Positions 10,357-18,037 of a stretch of 64,000 nt of DNA are shown here, in pieces. Source of the stretch: Oligoflexales bacterium. Lineage in GTDB: Bacteria; Bdellovibrionota_B; Oligoflexia; Oligoflexales; CAIYRB01. The stretch's first letter is position 1; each line of letters begins with the position of its first letter. Both the position numbers and the translations under genes were made by a program. The stretch lies in assembly GCA_041736175.1 (NCBI GenBank), contig JBGSUI010000191.1, forward strand, positions 62,714-126,713. The letters are read 5' to 3'. Below the pieces are notes generated by a model, which saw only the letters and a list, made by a program, of their open reading frames with translations, did no database searches and had not been told where the DNA came from.

Positions 10357-10965
10357 ATGGAAAACGGTCTTTTAGCGGCAAACACGTTGGATCGATTTGA
10401 TATCCCTACCATCCTAGTCGTTGGGGCAATTGCCACTCTCTTTCATGATGCTTTCCAGCAGTTATTAGTACGTTTTCATTGGGTAAGACCCCGCTTGGCA
10501 AAGACTGTAGGTTCGATTTTGATTCCTGAAGCTATCTATTCGTCGTTATTGGAGTTTGGTATTCAGCTCGTCCAAGGGGTTTTCGCTGCCGCAGTGTATT
10601 CCTTTGTCTATCATTTCATAAAGCTAGAGACGATAGGAGCCTTTGCGACTTTGGGGATGATGATCGGAGTGGTTCATGGGGTATTTATAAGCTTTTTTAT
10701 CAATATGGGTTTTTCGCGGATAAACCCAAAGGATAAAGCCTTACTTCCTGTGAGTGCTCTCAATATTGCTTTGCAGTCCCTTTTGGGAGGGATTGTTGGA
10801 CTGGGGTTTGGGTACCAAACTCTCACCGGAGATTTCTGGAAATTTGCGGGGATTGCCACAGCTCTAGGCTTGATTCTGTGGGTGAGTGGTCGCTCTGCCA
10901 TCCGCGCTAAATCCGACTTATCGAGTCCATTGACTCTACGGAGTATTGTGCATAAAGCGCAATAG
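10357..10965 (+). CDS. Hypothetical integral membrane protein
   Basis: About 5 TM helices; GGAGG RBS precedes ATG 10357 (MENGLL). Confidence 0.75.
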   Translation: MENGLLAANTLDRFDIPTILVVGAIATLFHDAFQQLLVRFHWVRPRLAKTVGSILIPEAIYSSLLEFGIQLVQGVFAAAVYSFVYHFIKLETIGAFATLGMMIGVVHGVFISFFINMGFSRINPKDKALLPVSALNIALQSLLGGIVGLGFGYQTLTGDFWKFAGIATALGLILWVSGRSAIRAKSDLSSPLTLRSIVHKAQ

Positions 10966-10974
10966 GGGTTGACA

Positions 10975-11514
10975 CTAAAGTGGCTTTTCCTGCTGTCCAT
11001 TAAAGCATTTTACGATACGGCAGAGGTTCCCCGCACCCATCCGGCACTGATTAAGGGCCTCTTTCTGAGCTCCTTGGACATTGCCACCTCCTCCAATCCA
11101 GGTTCGGGAGGTGTCCAGCTCAGCTCCAAAATCTTGTTCACGGGCAAAGCAGAACCAGTTTTTGAGGGTCTCTCCGGTGAGGAGGGGAGCCAACCGGGTC
11201 GTGTAGACCCGCATGGGAACACATGCAGCATTGATCCCAGAGACCGTGTTACATTGTTCTAAGGCTAGATCTGTTGCTTCTTTTTGGGTCTTGCCTGTTG
11301 TCGTAAATTCTTGTTTAGTTAACAAACTCTTTGCAAGGGCTACATATTTTCCAGTAGGGTTGACAGCAAATTCGGCATAGTGATCGAAGTCAGAGGTCTC
11401 TGGAGGCGGTCCGTTGGTGGTTGCCACGGTGGTATGCGTCTTTTGAGATCTTTGACAGGATCCAAGTCCAAGGCATGTCAATAGGACCAGTGATTTTCTG
11501 AAGGTTGCTGCCAT
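10975..11514 (-). CDS. Lipoprotein with tandem DUF4189-like Cys-containing modules
   Basis: Lipobox LGSC; two repeats of the A...AL.QC...C pattern (ATDLALEQC..C; AQKEALNQC..C..C). Confidence 0.7.
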   Translation of the reverse strand: MAATFRKSLVLLTCLGLGSCQRSQKTHTTVATTNGPPPETSDFDHYAEFAVNPTGKYVALAKSLLTKQEFTTTGKTQKEATDLALEQCNTVSGINAACVPMRVYTTRLAPLLTGETLKNWFCFAREQDFGAELDTSRTWIGGGGNVQGAQKEALNQCRMGAGNLCRIVKCFNGQQEKPL

Positions 11515-11601
11515 TGGGCTTGTCTCCCTTTTTCTACAATATAAACCAAACCCGCAATAGGAGCGGTTCCCATGTCCCGAGCAAAAAGGGTGCCATACCG
11601 A

Positions 11602-12063
11602 TCACCCATGGACATGGCATTTGGGACATAGTCCAAAAAACTCTAACCTGTGGCTGACTTCATGGAACCCGTGATTGCTGGGTAAGAGGGCCTCTAGATC
11701 GATGGTGCATGGACCCAAGGGAGTTATGGTACGGCACTTACGGCATACAATATGATGATGGTGGTGATCCATATGGGCTAGCTCAAACCGTAGGGTCCCA
11801 TCCCCAAAGTCACAGCGGCTGACGATTCGCAGCTCTTCAAAACGGGTCATGGTGCGATAGATGGTCGCAAGGTCAGGAGTTTCCTTGGGATCTAAAGCTC
11901 CTATTTTTTGGTGAAGTTCTTCAATCGTAAAAGGACCGTGGTGTTCCAAAAGGAGAGCGATGATCCCCTTACGGGGAGCGGTTTGCTTAAGACGGTGTTC
12001 TTTAAGAAGAGCTATCGCCTTGGCCTTATAAAGGCCGATTTTTTTAGGCAATTGATCACCCAT
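11602..12063 (-). CDS. Fur-family transcriptional regulator (Fur/Zur/PerR type)
   Basis: T.PR..I, DLATIYRT, HHHHHIVCRKC and C-terminal GLCPKC motifs. Confidence 0.92.
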   Translation of the reverse strand: MGDQLPKKIGLYKAKAIALLKEHRLKQTAPRKGIIALLLEHHGPFTIEELHQKIGALDPKETPDLATIYRTMTRFEELRIVSRCDFGDGTLRFELAHMDHHHHHIVCRKCRTITPLGPCTIDLEALLPSNHGFHEVSHRLEFFGLCPKCHVHG

Positions 12064-12295
12064 TTGAGTTATGGCCTCCCTGTCCTAGGCGTCTCCAGTG
12101 ACCGTCCGGAAAAGCGTCCTTAGTGATATCTCATCCGTCAAAGGATTGGCAAGGTGTCAAACATTCTTACACAGCAGACGGGAGACTTCATGGCTGGAAT
12201 TGACAACGCAGGTCGGGGGCTCGAAGCGGCTCACTATGATACAATGGATCTAAATCCTAGGTTTACAGATTTGGATCATTTGAGCGAGAAACGCG

Positions 12296-12598
12296 ATGAA
12301 AGAGATTCTAAAAATCAAAAAAATCTTTATTTTTGTGTCGTTAGGATATTCGTTAGGATTCCTGTGGGGGTCTTGCAAAACCGCTTCTGAGGAACCACCT
12401 CTAGAACCTACTGAATCTGGCATGGAAGCGAGCGCCACCAATCTCTCCCAAAGGCGGGATGAGTTTTTGGCTAAATGCAAAGCCCAGCTAGCGAGCACTG
12501 GAGGGCCAGAGATGCGAAAGATGATGCAAGATTTTCTACACACGGATGATTGCGAAGCGGCATATGAAGTCTTGCATTTGGTGCCCGAAAAAAACTAG
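12296..12598 (+). CDS. Small hypothetical lipoprotein
   Basis: Basic N-terminus, hydrophobic core, LWGSC lipobox; two further Cys. Confidence 0.6.
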   Translation: MKEILKIKKIFIFVSLGYSLGFLWGSCKTASEEPPLEPTESGMEASATNLSQRRDEFLAKCKAQLASTGGPEMRKMMQDFLHTDDCEAAYEVLHLVPEKN

Positions 12599-12614
12599 AA
12601 AACTCAAGTTTGTT

Positions 12615-12953
12615 TCAAGGTCGCTGATCTTTGATCCAGACTTCGACCGCACTGATCCGATACTCATGATTATCCAGCTGATAGACCACTTGATCGACCT
12701 GTTCAGCCCGCTGCTTAGCAGGGGTTACCGCTTCTAGAATCCGTTCTATATACCCCTGCATACCTTCCATTAATCCCTCTAAGCGGTGTACGCTCGACTT
12801 AAGAGTGGCGACGTCGGTCTTAAGAGTGGCTACGTCGGTCTTGAGAGTGGCGACGTCGGTCTTTAGGCCATTGATGGAGGGATTCTTTTCGATCACATCA
12901 TTTACAAGTTGTTTCAGAGAGTTAGCATCCTGTGTCATTCTATGGTTCCCCAT
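12615..12953 (-). CDS. Small coiled-coil protein with exact heptad repeats
   Basis: (LKTDVAT)x3 followed by continuous heptads and HEYRISAVE. Confidence 0.7.
   Translation of the reverse strand: MGNHRMTQDANSLKQLVNDVIEKNPSINGLKTDVATLKTDVATLKTDVATLKSSVHRLEGLMEGMQGYIERILEAVTPAKQRAEQVDQVVYQLDNHEYRISAVEVWIKDQRP
12799..12861. repeat. 21-bp tandem repeat x3 (coding, LKTDVAT)
   Basis: ttaagagtggcgacgtcggtc / ttaagagtggctacgtcggtc / ttgagagtggcgacgtcggtc. Confidence 0.95.
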
Positions 12954-13117
12954 TTTAGTATGGTTTTTTACCTATCCACAGGCCCAAAGCTAGCACTAGT
13001 TTTTGCATCTGGGAAACGACAAATTGTGGGCATGAAATTCCCTTGTCGCGGCGGCTTGATAGGAGGTTTCCAGGACGTTTCTAGGGTGTTTTTTGCGGGG
13101 CCATAAAGCTGGTGCCG

Positions 13118-13741
13118 TCAGAGATTGAGATTATTTATAACGTTGCGGATCTCCAAACAGGGGGCTGTGTCTCCTAAAGCAAGGGTAGAGATTGTCGGCA
13201 AACCCCCTTGACTATCCTTAATCTCTAAGTCCAATGACCCTCCGATACAGGTGGCACCCATCGTCGGCCCCCCCGTTGTCTGGGTCGCAGTCAACCCCGT
13301 GGGAAAGGACTTTGCGTTGAGTGCTGTTACAAGGGCACCACAGTTGCTAGCGGATAAAAGAGGAGCTTTAGCCTGTTGGTCCCCAAACTCCACGATGATT
13401 TCCATGGTCGGTATGCAGATCACGGTCACAATATGGGTTGGTTTAGGAGGATCTACTCTCGGAGCGTCTTGGCCTTGGCTATTTTTTTGAGGACCTGCGG
13501 TGCCCGGAACTCCCGCTTGAGAGGGTTCGTTCTTTTTACTGGCGACAAAAACCTCGCCCAATTTTTCGCCCCCGATAGGCACTTCGTCTTTAGGGCGATC
13601 GTCTTGTCTAGAGTTCCCGTCCAAACCATCGGACTCACGGCCGAGATCCTCTTGGCTTTGGGTATCTTTAAAGGGCTCGGGATAGAGGACATCGGTGCAT
13701 CGAAAGAGCAATAAAACAAATATCAGTAAAATTAACTTCAT
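13118..13741 (-). CDS. Hypothetical lipoprotein with a Cys-paired C-terminal domain
   Basis: MK-hydrophobic-LFRC signal, disordered linker, two similar C...C half-domains; AAGGA RBS. Confidence 0.75.
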   Translation of the reverse strand: MKLILLIFVLLLFRCTDVLYPEPFKDTQSQEDLGRESDGLDGNSRQDDRPKDEVPIGGEKLGEVFVASKKNEPSQAGVPGTAGPQKNSQGQDAPRVDPPKPTHIVTVICIPTMEIIVEFGDQQAKAPLLSASNCGALVTALNAKSFPTGLTATQTTGGPTMGATCIGGSLDLEIKDSQGGLPTISTLALGDTAPCLEIRNVINNLNL

Positions 13742-13786
13742 TAGCGTAATTCCTTCAGTATGGGGAGGCTATAGTCCCTATTGTTG

Positions 13787-13814
13787 TTATCGACATTTTT
13801 GTGTTTGAAGTTGA
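13787..13814 (-). promoter_or_regulatory. Putative sigma-28-type promoter
   Basis: TCAA-N16-GTCGATAA about 45 nt upstream of ATG 13741. Confidence 0.55.
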
Positions 13815-14015
13815 ACAGAGTATTTTTTGTCCAAAAATTAGTGTTTTTTTAGCCGCTTAGATTATAACAGGGTGTTTTATTTATCTCTCGCTCGAAATGT
13901 AGCTTATTTAGTTTTGGGGGTTTCAGGAAATCCTGGTCCAAACTCCTGGGGATTTTAGGGCTGGATGCTGAAGTCATGGGCAAGATTCTGATATTAAATA
14001 ACTAAAAAAAAACTT

Positions 14016-14042
14016 TCAAGTTTATCTGTCAGCTTCCGAGTC
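14016..14042 (+). promoter_or_regulatory. Possible sigma-28-type promoter
   Basis: TCAA-N15-TCCGAGTC upstream of the vWA lipoprotein. Confidence 0.3.
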
Positions 14043-14121
14043 CTTCCCTGCGAATTTGGTCGGAGACGGAGTTTCGGCCGCACCTAACTTCGAAATGCCT
14101 TGAGAACGGGAGACTTTTAAC

Positions 14122-15495
14122 ATGAGCACAATAAAACATCGGACCGCCATAATGAATGCGCACGCCAAAAAATTTGGTTTGCTAACGACTTGGTTTTTTG
14201 TTTACAGTTGTGGAGGCCAACAGACGAGCTTTCATGGATCCACTGGGACAGTCCAAGAACCACCACCCGCTCCATCACCTCCAGTAAGTGCCGAAGCAGT
14301 GCCTCAGGAACCACCACTGCCTGTGGTTGAGCCTGAATTGCCCGCCAAAGCACCAGTGGTCGCGCCACCACCTGTCCAGCCGCCCCTTCCTCCTCCACCG
14401 GTACCACCCGTAAAAGCTCCGTCTCTTCCGGAGCCAGGTTTAGAGGTCAAAAAACCCCTGCGCCAAGTCACCTGGCTGTGGCAATGCCAAGCGACGACAC
14501 CTGGTGGGCCGGTAACACCTCCCGCACCCACCCAAACACCGCAACCCGAAGATGGTACTGCTGTCATCCTAGGTGCAGGGACCCATGTGCTTGATCGAGA
14601 TGTAAGCCAAGGCACAAACGTCACCCTTGCTGGAGATCTCTGTGCCCCAGAGGTGCAGCCTAGGGATCTCTTTTTTGTCATCGACACCTCCGCGTCCATG
14701 GACGGCAATGACCCCTTCGAAAACAACACCTGCGGTCGCGTGCAAGGGGTAGAGGCAGTCCTAAAATCCCTGGCTGTCGGCGAAAACCAGATGGGTATTT
14801 TGACCTTTAGCTCTAGTGTGAATTTATTTACCAACCAGTTTTACAAGAAACCTACCGAACTCTATGCCGCTCTTGCCCCCCAGGGCAATACCGCAGAGGT
14901 GATCTGTGGAGAAGACGGAACGACCAACTACCAGGCTGCCATGATCAAGGCCGGAGAGATCCTAGCCCTAGGACGTCCTCAAGCCACTAAAGAACTGTTT
15001 TTTATCTCTGATGGGGAGCCCAATGGGGGCGAAGATGGGATCGTCGAAGCAGCATCCCTTAAAAATCCTGGAGTCACTATTGGTGGCAAGTCCTATCCGG
15101 TCACCATCGCCACTATTATGCTTAATGGCACCGACACGGTGCTCCAAAACTCCATCGCCTCGAAAGACTCAGCGGGCAAACCCCTCCATGTTTTGGTAAA
15201 CCAAGCAAGTCAACTTGCTAAAGCTTTGAGTGATCTCGCTGAAAATCCAATCGTCAAGGCATCGATGAAATACCGCTCAAAAGCTCAGGCAAACTTTAGG
15301 GAAGTGGATCTCCTTGCCACTGCCGATAATAAAAAATTTCAGCTACCAGCCATCACCTTTACCTTTCAGGAGATGAAGGATGGTATCGAAGTGATCTACC
15401 AGTATACTAACAAACGGGGGCAAACCTCCCAGTCGACTGGGATGATCACCATCGGAGCAACTGCCCCAACTCCTGCACCAACTCCGAAACCCTAG
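14122..15495 (+). CDS. von Willebrand factor A domain lipoprotein with a Pro-rich stalk
   Basis: VYSC lipobox, Pro-rich linker, intact MIDAS residues DTSAS...T...FISDG. Confidence 0.87.
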   Translation: MSTIKHRTAIMNAHAKKFGLLTTWFFVYSCGGQQTSFHGSTGTVQEPPPAPSPPVSAEAVPQEPPLPVVEPELPAKAPVVAPPPVQPPLPPPPVPPVKAPSLPEPGLEVKKPLRQVTWLWQCQATTPGGPVTPPAPTQTPQPEDGTAVILGAGTHVLDRDVSQGTNVTLAGDLCAPEVQPRDLFFVIDTSASMDGNDPFENNTCGRVQGVEAVLKSLAVGENQMGILTFSSSVNLFTNQFYKKPTELYAALAPQGNTAEVICGEDGTTNYQAAMIKAGEILALGRPQATKELFFISDGEPNGGEDGIVEAASLKNPGVTIGGKSYPVTIATIMLNGTDTVLQNSIASKDSAGKPLHVLVNQASQLAKALSDLAENPIVKASMKYRSKAQANFREVDLLATADNKKFQLPAITFTFQEMKDGIEVIYQYTNKRGQTSQSTGMITIGATAPTPAPTPKP

Positions 15496-15528
15496 GAAAC
15501 GGTTTCTAAATGGCAAGAGGATTGATCT

Positions 15529-15565
15529 AAAAAAGACAAGGACCGTAAGGTCCTCGTCTTTTTTT
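15529..15565. terminator. Bidirectional intrinsic terminator
   Basis: A-tract, AAGACAAGGACC-GTAA-GGTCCTCGTCTT (one mismatch), T-tract, between convergent genes. Confidence 0.85.
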
Positions 15566-15586
15566 ACCGAATGTCCTCAGCTTGGT

Positions 15587-16270
15587 TCAGTTAAATGCAT
15601 AACGGAAGGTTGCGAGGTTTAGAGCAAGCCCGTTTGTGGTGTCTTTAACTTTAGCTGGTTTTTTGGTGTCTAGGGTCGACATGGTGTAGGAGAATCCACC
15701 AACATAGGAGATATGTTTGGTAACGCCTTTAACCACGTTGACAGAAAGACCGATGTCCATACCGGAGGCATCGGTTTCAGTCGTTGCGGAGACACCAGTG
15801 GCTGCATTGATAGAATCGGCTTTGCTGGTATTGGTCGTGGAATCGATGGAAAGGTCAGCTTCCAGAGCCATGTCTTTACCTAGGGTAGGCATATAGGTGC
15901 CATAGACGCCGTAAACGTTGTTAGTGGTGTCATTTTTAGGTTTGTCAACGGAAGAGCTGTTGATCCCCAAGTTTACACCAGCCTCGATGGGTCCCATCGC
16001 ATAACCAACGGATACTTTTTTGACTGTTGAAAAGGGATAAAGATAGACTTGAACGTTCTCTAGAGAGAATTGAAAATAGCCACCGCTGTAATCAGCTGTA
16101 GAAACTCCAGATTTTTTAGACTTTGTAGAAGTCCCGCCATCGGGCTTATTTTCCATATTGGCGCTGGAGTAACCCAGGAGTGGGAGTTGGATGGTGAGGT
16201 TGTCCCCGGCAAAAGCTTGGCCTTGGATTCCGAAAAGGGCGACAGAGCTGGCTAGAATTCTGCGAAACAT
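15587..16270 (-). CDS. Outer-membrane beta-barrel protein
   Basis: Signal peptide ending AFA, amphipathic beta strands, terminal FRYAFN; AGGAGG RBS. Confidence 0.8.
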   Translation of the reverse strand: MFRRILASSVALFGIQGQAFAGDNLTIQLPLLGYSSANMENKPDGGTSTKSKKSGVSTADYSGGYFQFSLENVQVYLYPFSTVKKVSVGYAMGPIEAGVNLGINSSSVDKPKNDTTNNVYGVYGTYMPTLGKDMALEADLSIDSTTNTSKADSINAATGVSATTETDASGMDIGLSVNVVKGVTKHISYVGGFSYTMSTLDTKKPAKVKDTTNGLALNLATFRYAFN

Positions 16271-16349
16271 CTTGAACCTCCTAAAATGTACAATGACAAG
16301 ACGACTATGGCGTTAAGTTAAACATTTTCTCTGGGTTTGTCACGCGGAT

Positions 16350-17192
16350 TCATGTGCTTAAAATTGTGGACCAGGTGACGAGCAAGGTATACCCCCTAAG
16401 GTGGCCGGTTCCGTTCTTAACTGATTTATCGGTGAGTATAGCTTTTGCAGAGTAAGTGGTATCCATGGGCACAGCAAGACCAAAGGTCAAAATGTAACCC
16501 TCAATGCGGGTCGTCAATAGGTCTTTGGAATTCCCCATTGGACGGGCTTCGTCCAGCCAACTAAAAAAGAGGGCTGGGATAATCGAAAAGTTTGTCACCC
16601 GTATGGAATAGGAATCGATCAGGTCTAAATTGTCTTCCGTTGGTTTGCCGTCAGGTTGGCGTTTGCCATCGTCGCGCCGGTTTCTACCCGCAGACCGGCC
16701 CATGATATCCCCATAGTTGAGTCCTAAGGCAAAGCCGTATCCCCCAGCAGAGCTGCGGAGGTCGAGGGTCTGTGCGCTAAACCCAGTCCATAGCGTAGCT
16801 CCCGTTCCGACAAAGTCGGCATCGATTTGCTGGCTCTGAATAGGTTCGTAAGGTCCTAAGGTAAAATCCAGAGATCCTAAAAAGTACCAACTCTTAGCAA
16901 AGTAGCCGGATCCGATCTGGATAGATACTTGGTTGCCTAAGACCTCATATTCGTCACCGGATTTGAGGGTCAACTTTTGGCCAGAAAGTCCAAATCCCCA
17001 GATGCTTCGCTGTGTCTTTTGCTTGGAGATCTGTTGGGCCTCAGACCATAGGACATGGCTGCGTTGCTCGATGACCTCGTCGCTGGCCCGTGGCGCAGCG
17101 GAGGCAGGCCTGATAGCTAACATAAAAGAGCTGGCGGCAAAAAATGCGACTTGGATCTTGAAGCTTTTTCCGTCGTCTCGCTCGTGCTTCAC
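16350..17192 (-). CDS. Hypothetical exported, beta-barrel-like protein translationally coupled to tatC
   Basis: GTGA overlap with the tatC stop; signal-like N-terminus; Gly/aromatic strands. Confidence 0.7.
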   Translation of the reverse strand: MKHERDDGKSFKIQVAFFAASSFMLAIRPASAAPRASDEVIEQRSHVLWSEAQQISKQKTQRSIWGFGLSGQKLTLKSGDEYEVLGNQVSIQIGSGYFAKSWYFLGSLDFTLGPYEPIQSQQIDADFVGTGATLWTGFSAQTLDLRSSAGGYGFALGLNYGDIMGRSAGRNRRDDGKRQPDGKPTEDNLDLIDSYSIRVTNFSIIPALFFSWLDEARPMGNSKDLLTTRIEGYILTFGLAVPMDTTYSAKAILTDKSVKNGTGHLRGYTLLVTWSTILST

Positions 17193-18016
17193 GTGAGCCC
17201 TCTTGGCAAAGACCTTTTCTTAATCAATTTGAGGATAAAGATCGCCCCCTCATACATTCCATAGACAGGGATTGCTAGGGCCATTTGGGTAAAGGGATCA
17301 GGAGAAGGTGTGACGATAGCACTCACCATAAGTATGATCACAAAGACCACCCTACGGGAGCTGGTCAAGGTCTCAACCTCGATGATCCCCAGCATCCCTA
17401 GAAGGACTATCAGAACAGGGGTTTCGAAAATGATCCCAAAACCAAAAAACATCAACATCAGAAAATGAATATAATCTTTAATTGAAATGATCGGAATCGC
17501 TATTTCGATTCCCATCTTGATAAGGAAGTCTAATGTGGCTGGTAGAATCACAAAGTAACAAAAAGCAACCCCCAGGGCGAACATGGCCACGGAAATCACG
17601 ATAAAGGGTAAAATATATCGTCTTTCTGTGGGGTAGAGGGCGGGCTCAAAAAATTTCCAAAATTGATAGATCCATATGGGACAGGCGGTGATCACCCCTA
17701 CCAGAATGGCTACTTTCATGCTGGTCATAAAAACGTCAAGGGTGCCTGTGAAATGCAGGTTTTGGTGGGCTTTTGGCAAAACCTCCAAGAGTGGAATCTC
17801 CAGAAATCCGATGATCTCTTTGGCAAAGTAAAAGGCGATACAGAATAGAATGAGCACGGCCCAAAGGGACGCCATAATCCTCCTGCGCAGTTCGTCGAGG
17901 TGCTCGGTCACAGGCATCACTTTGCCCCCATGGAGGAGGTCTTCCTCAGAAGCTGAGGTCGTCGGGGTGAGAGCACCACCCTGGTCCTGTGGGCCAGATG
18001 ATGGGAGGTTAAACAT
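17189..18016 (-). CDS. tatC: Twin-arginine translocase subunit TatC
   Basis: HLDELRRR, YQFWKFFEPALY, FETP, TPSPDPFTQ, YEG motifs. Confidence 0.97.
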   Translation of the reverse strand: MFNLPSSGPQDQGGALTPTTSASEEDLLHGGKVMPVTEHLDELRRRIMASLWAVLILFCIAFYFAKEIIGFLEIPLLEVLPKAHQNLHFTGTLDVFMTSMKVAILVGVITACPIWIYQFWKFFEPALYPTERRYILPFIVISVAMFALGVAFCYFVILPATLDFLIKMGIEIAIPIISIKDYIHFLMLMFFGFGIIFETPVLIVLLGMLGIIEVETLTSSRRVVFVIILMVSAIVTPSPDPFTQMALAIPVYGMYEGAIFILKLIKKRSLPRGLT

Positions 18017-18037
18017 GGAAGGGCTCCTTTATGGGGT

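Noticed and set aside
12154..12543. ORFs 12154..12390(+) and 12250..12543(-)
   Set aside because: Both overlap the better-supported lipoprotein 12296..12598 and show no protein-like features.
12799..12861. 21-bp repeats as a CRISPR array
   Set aside because: Units are contiguous with no spacers, in frame within a coiled-coil gene, and no cas genes are present.
14043..14115. Possible riboswitch upstream of the vWA lipoprotein
   Set aside because: Only one G-U-rich hairpin; no recognisable c-di-GMP or other aptamer consensus.
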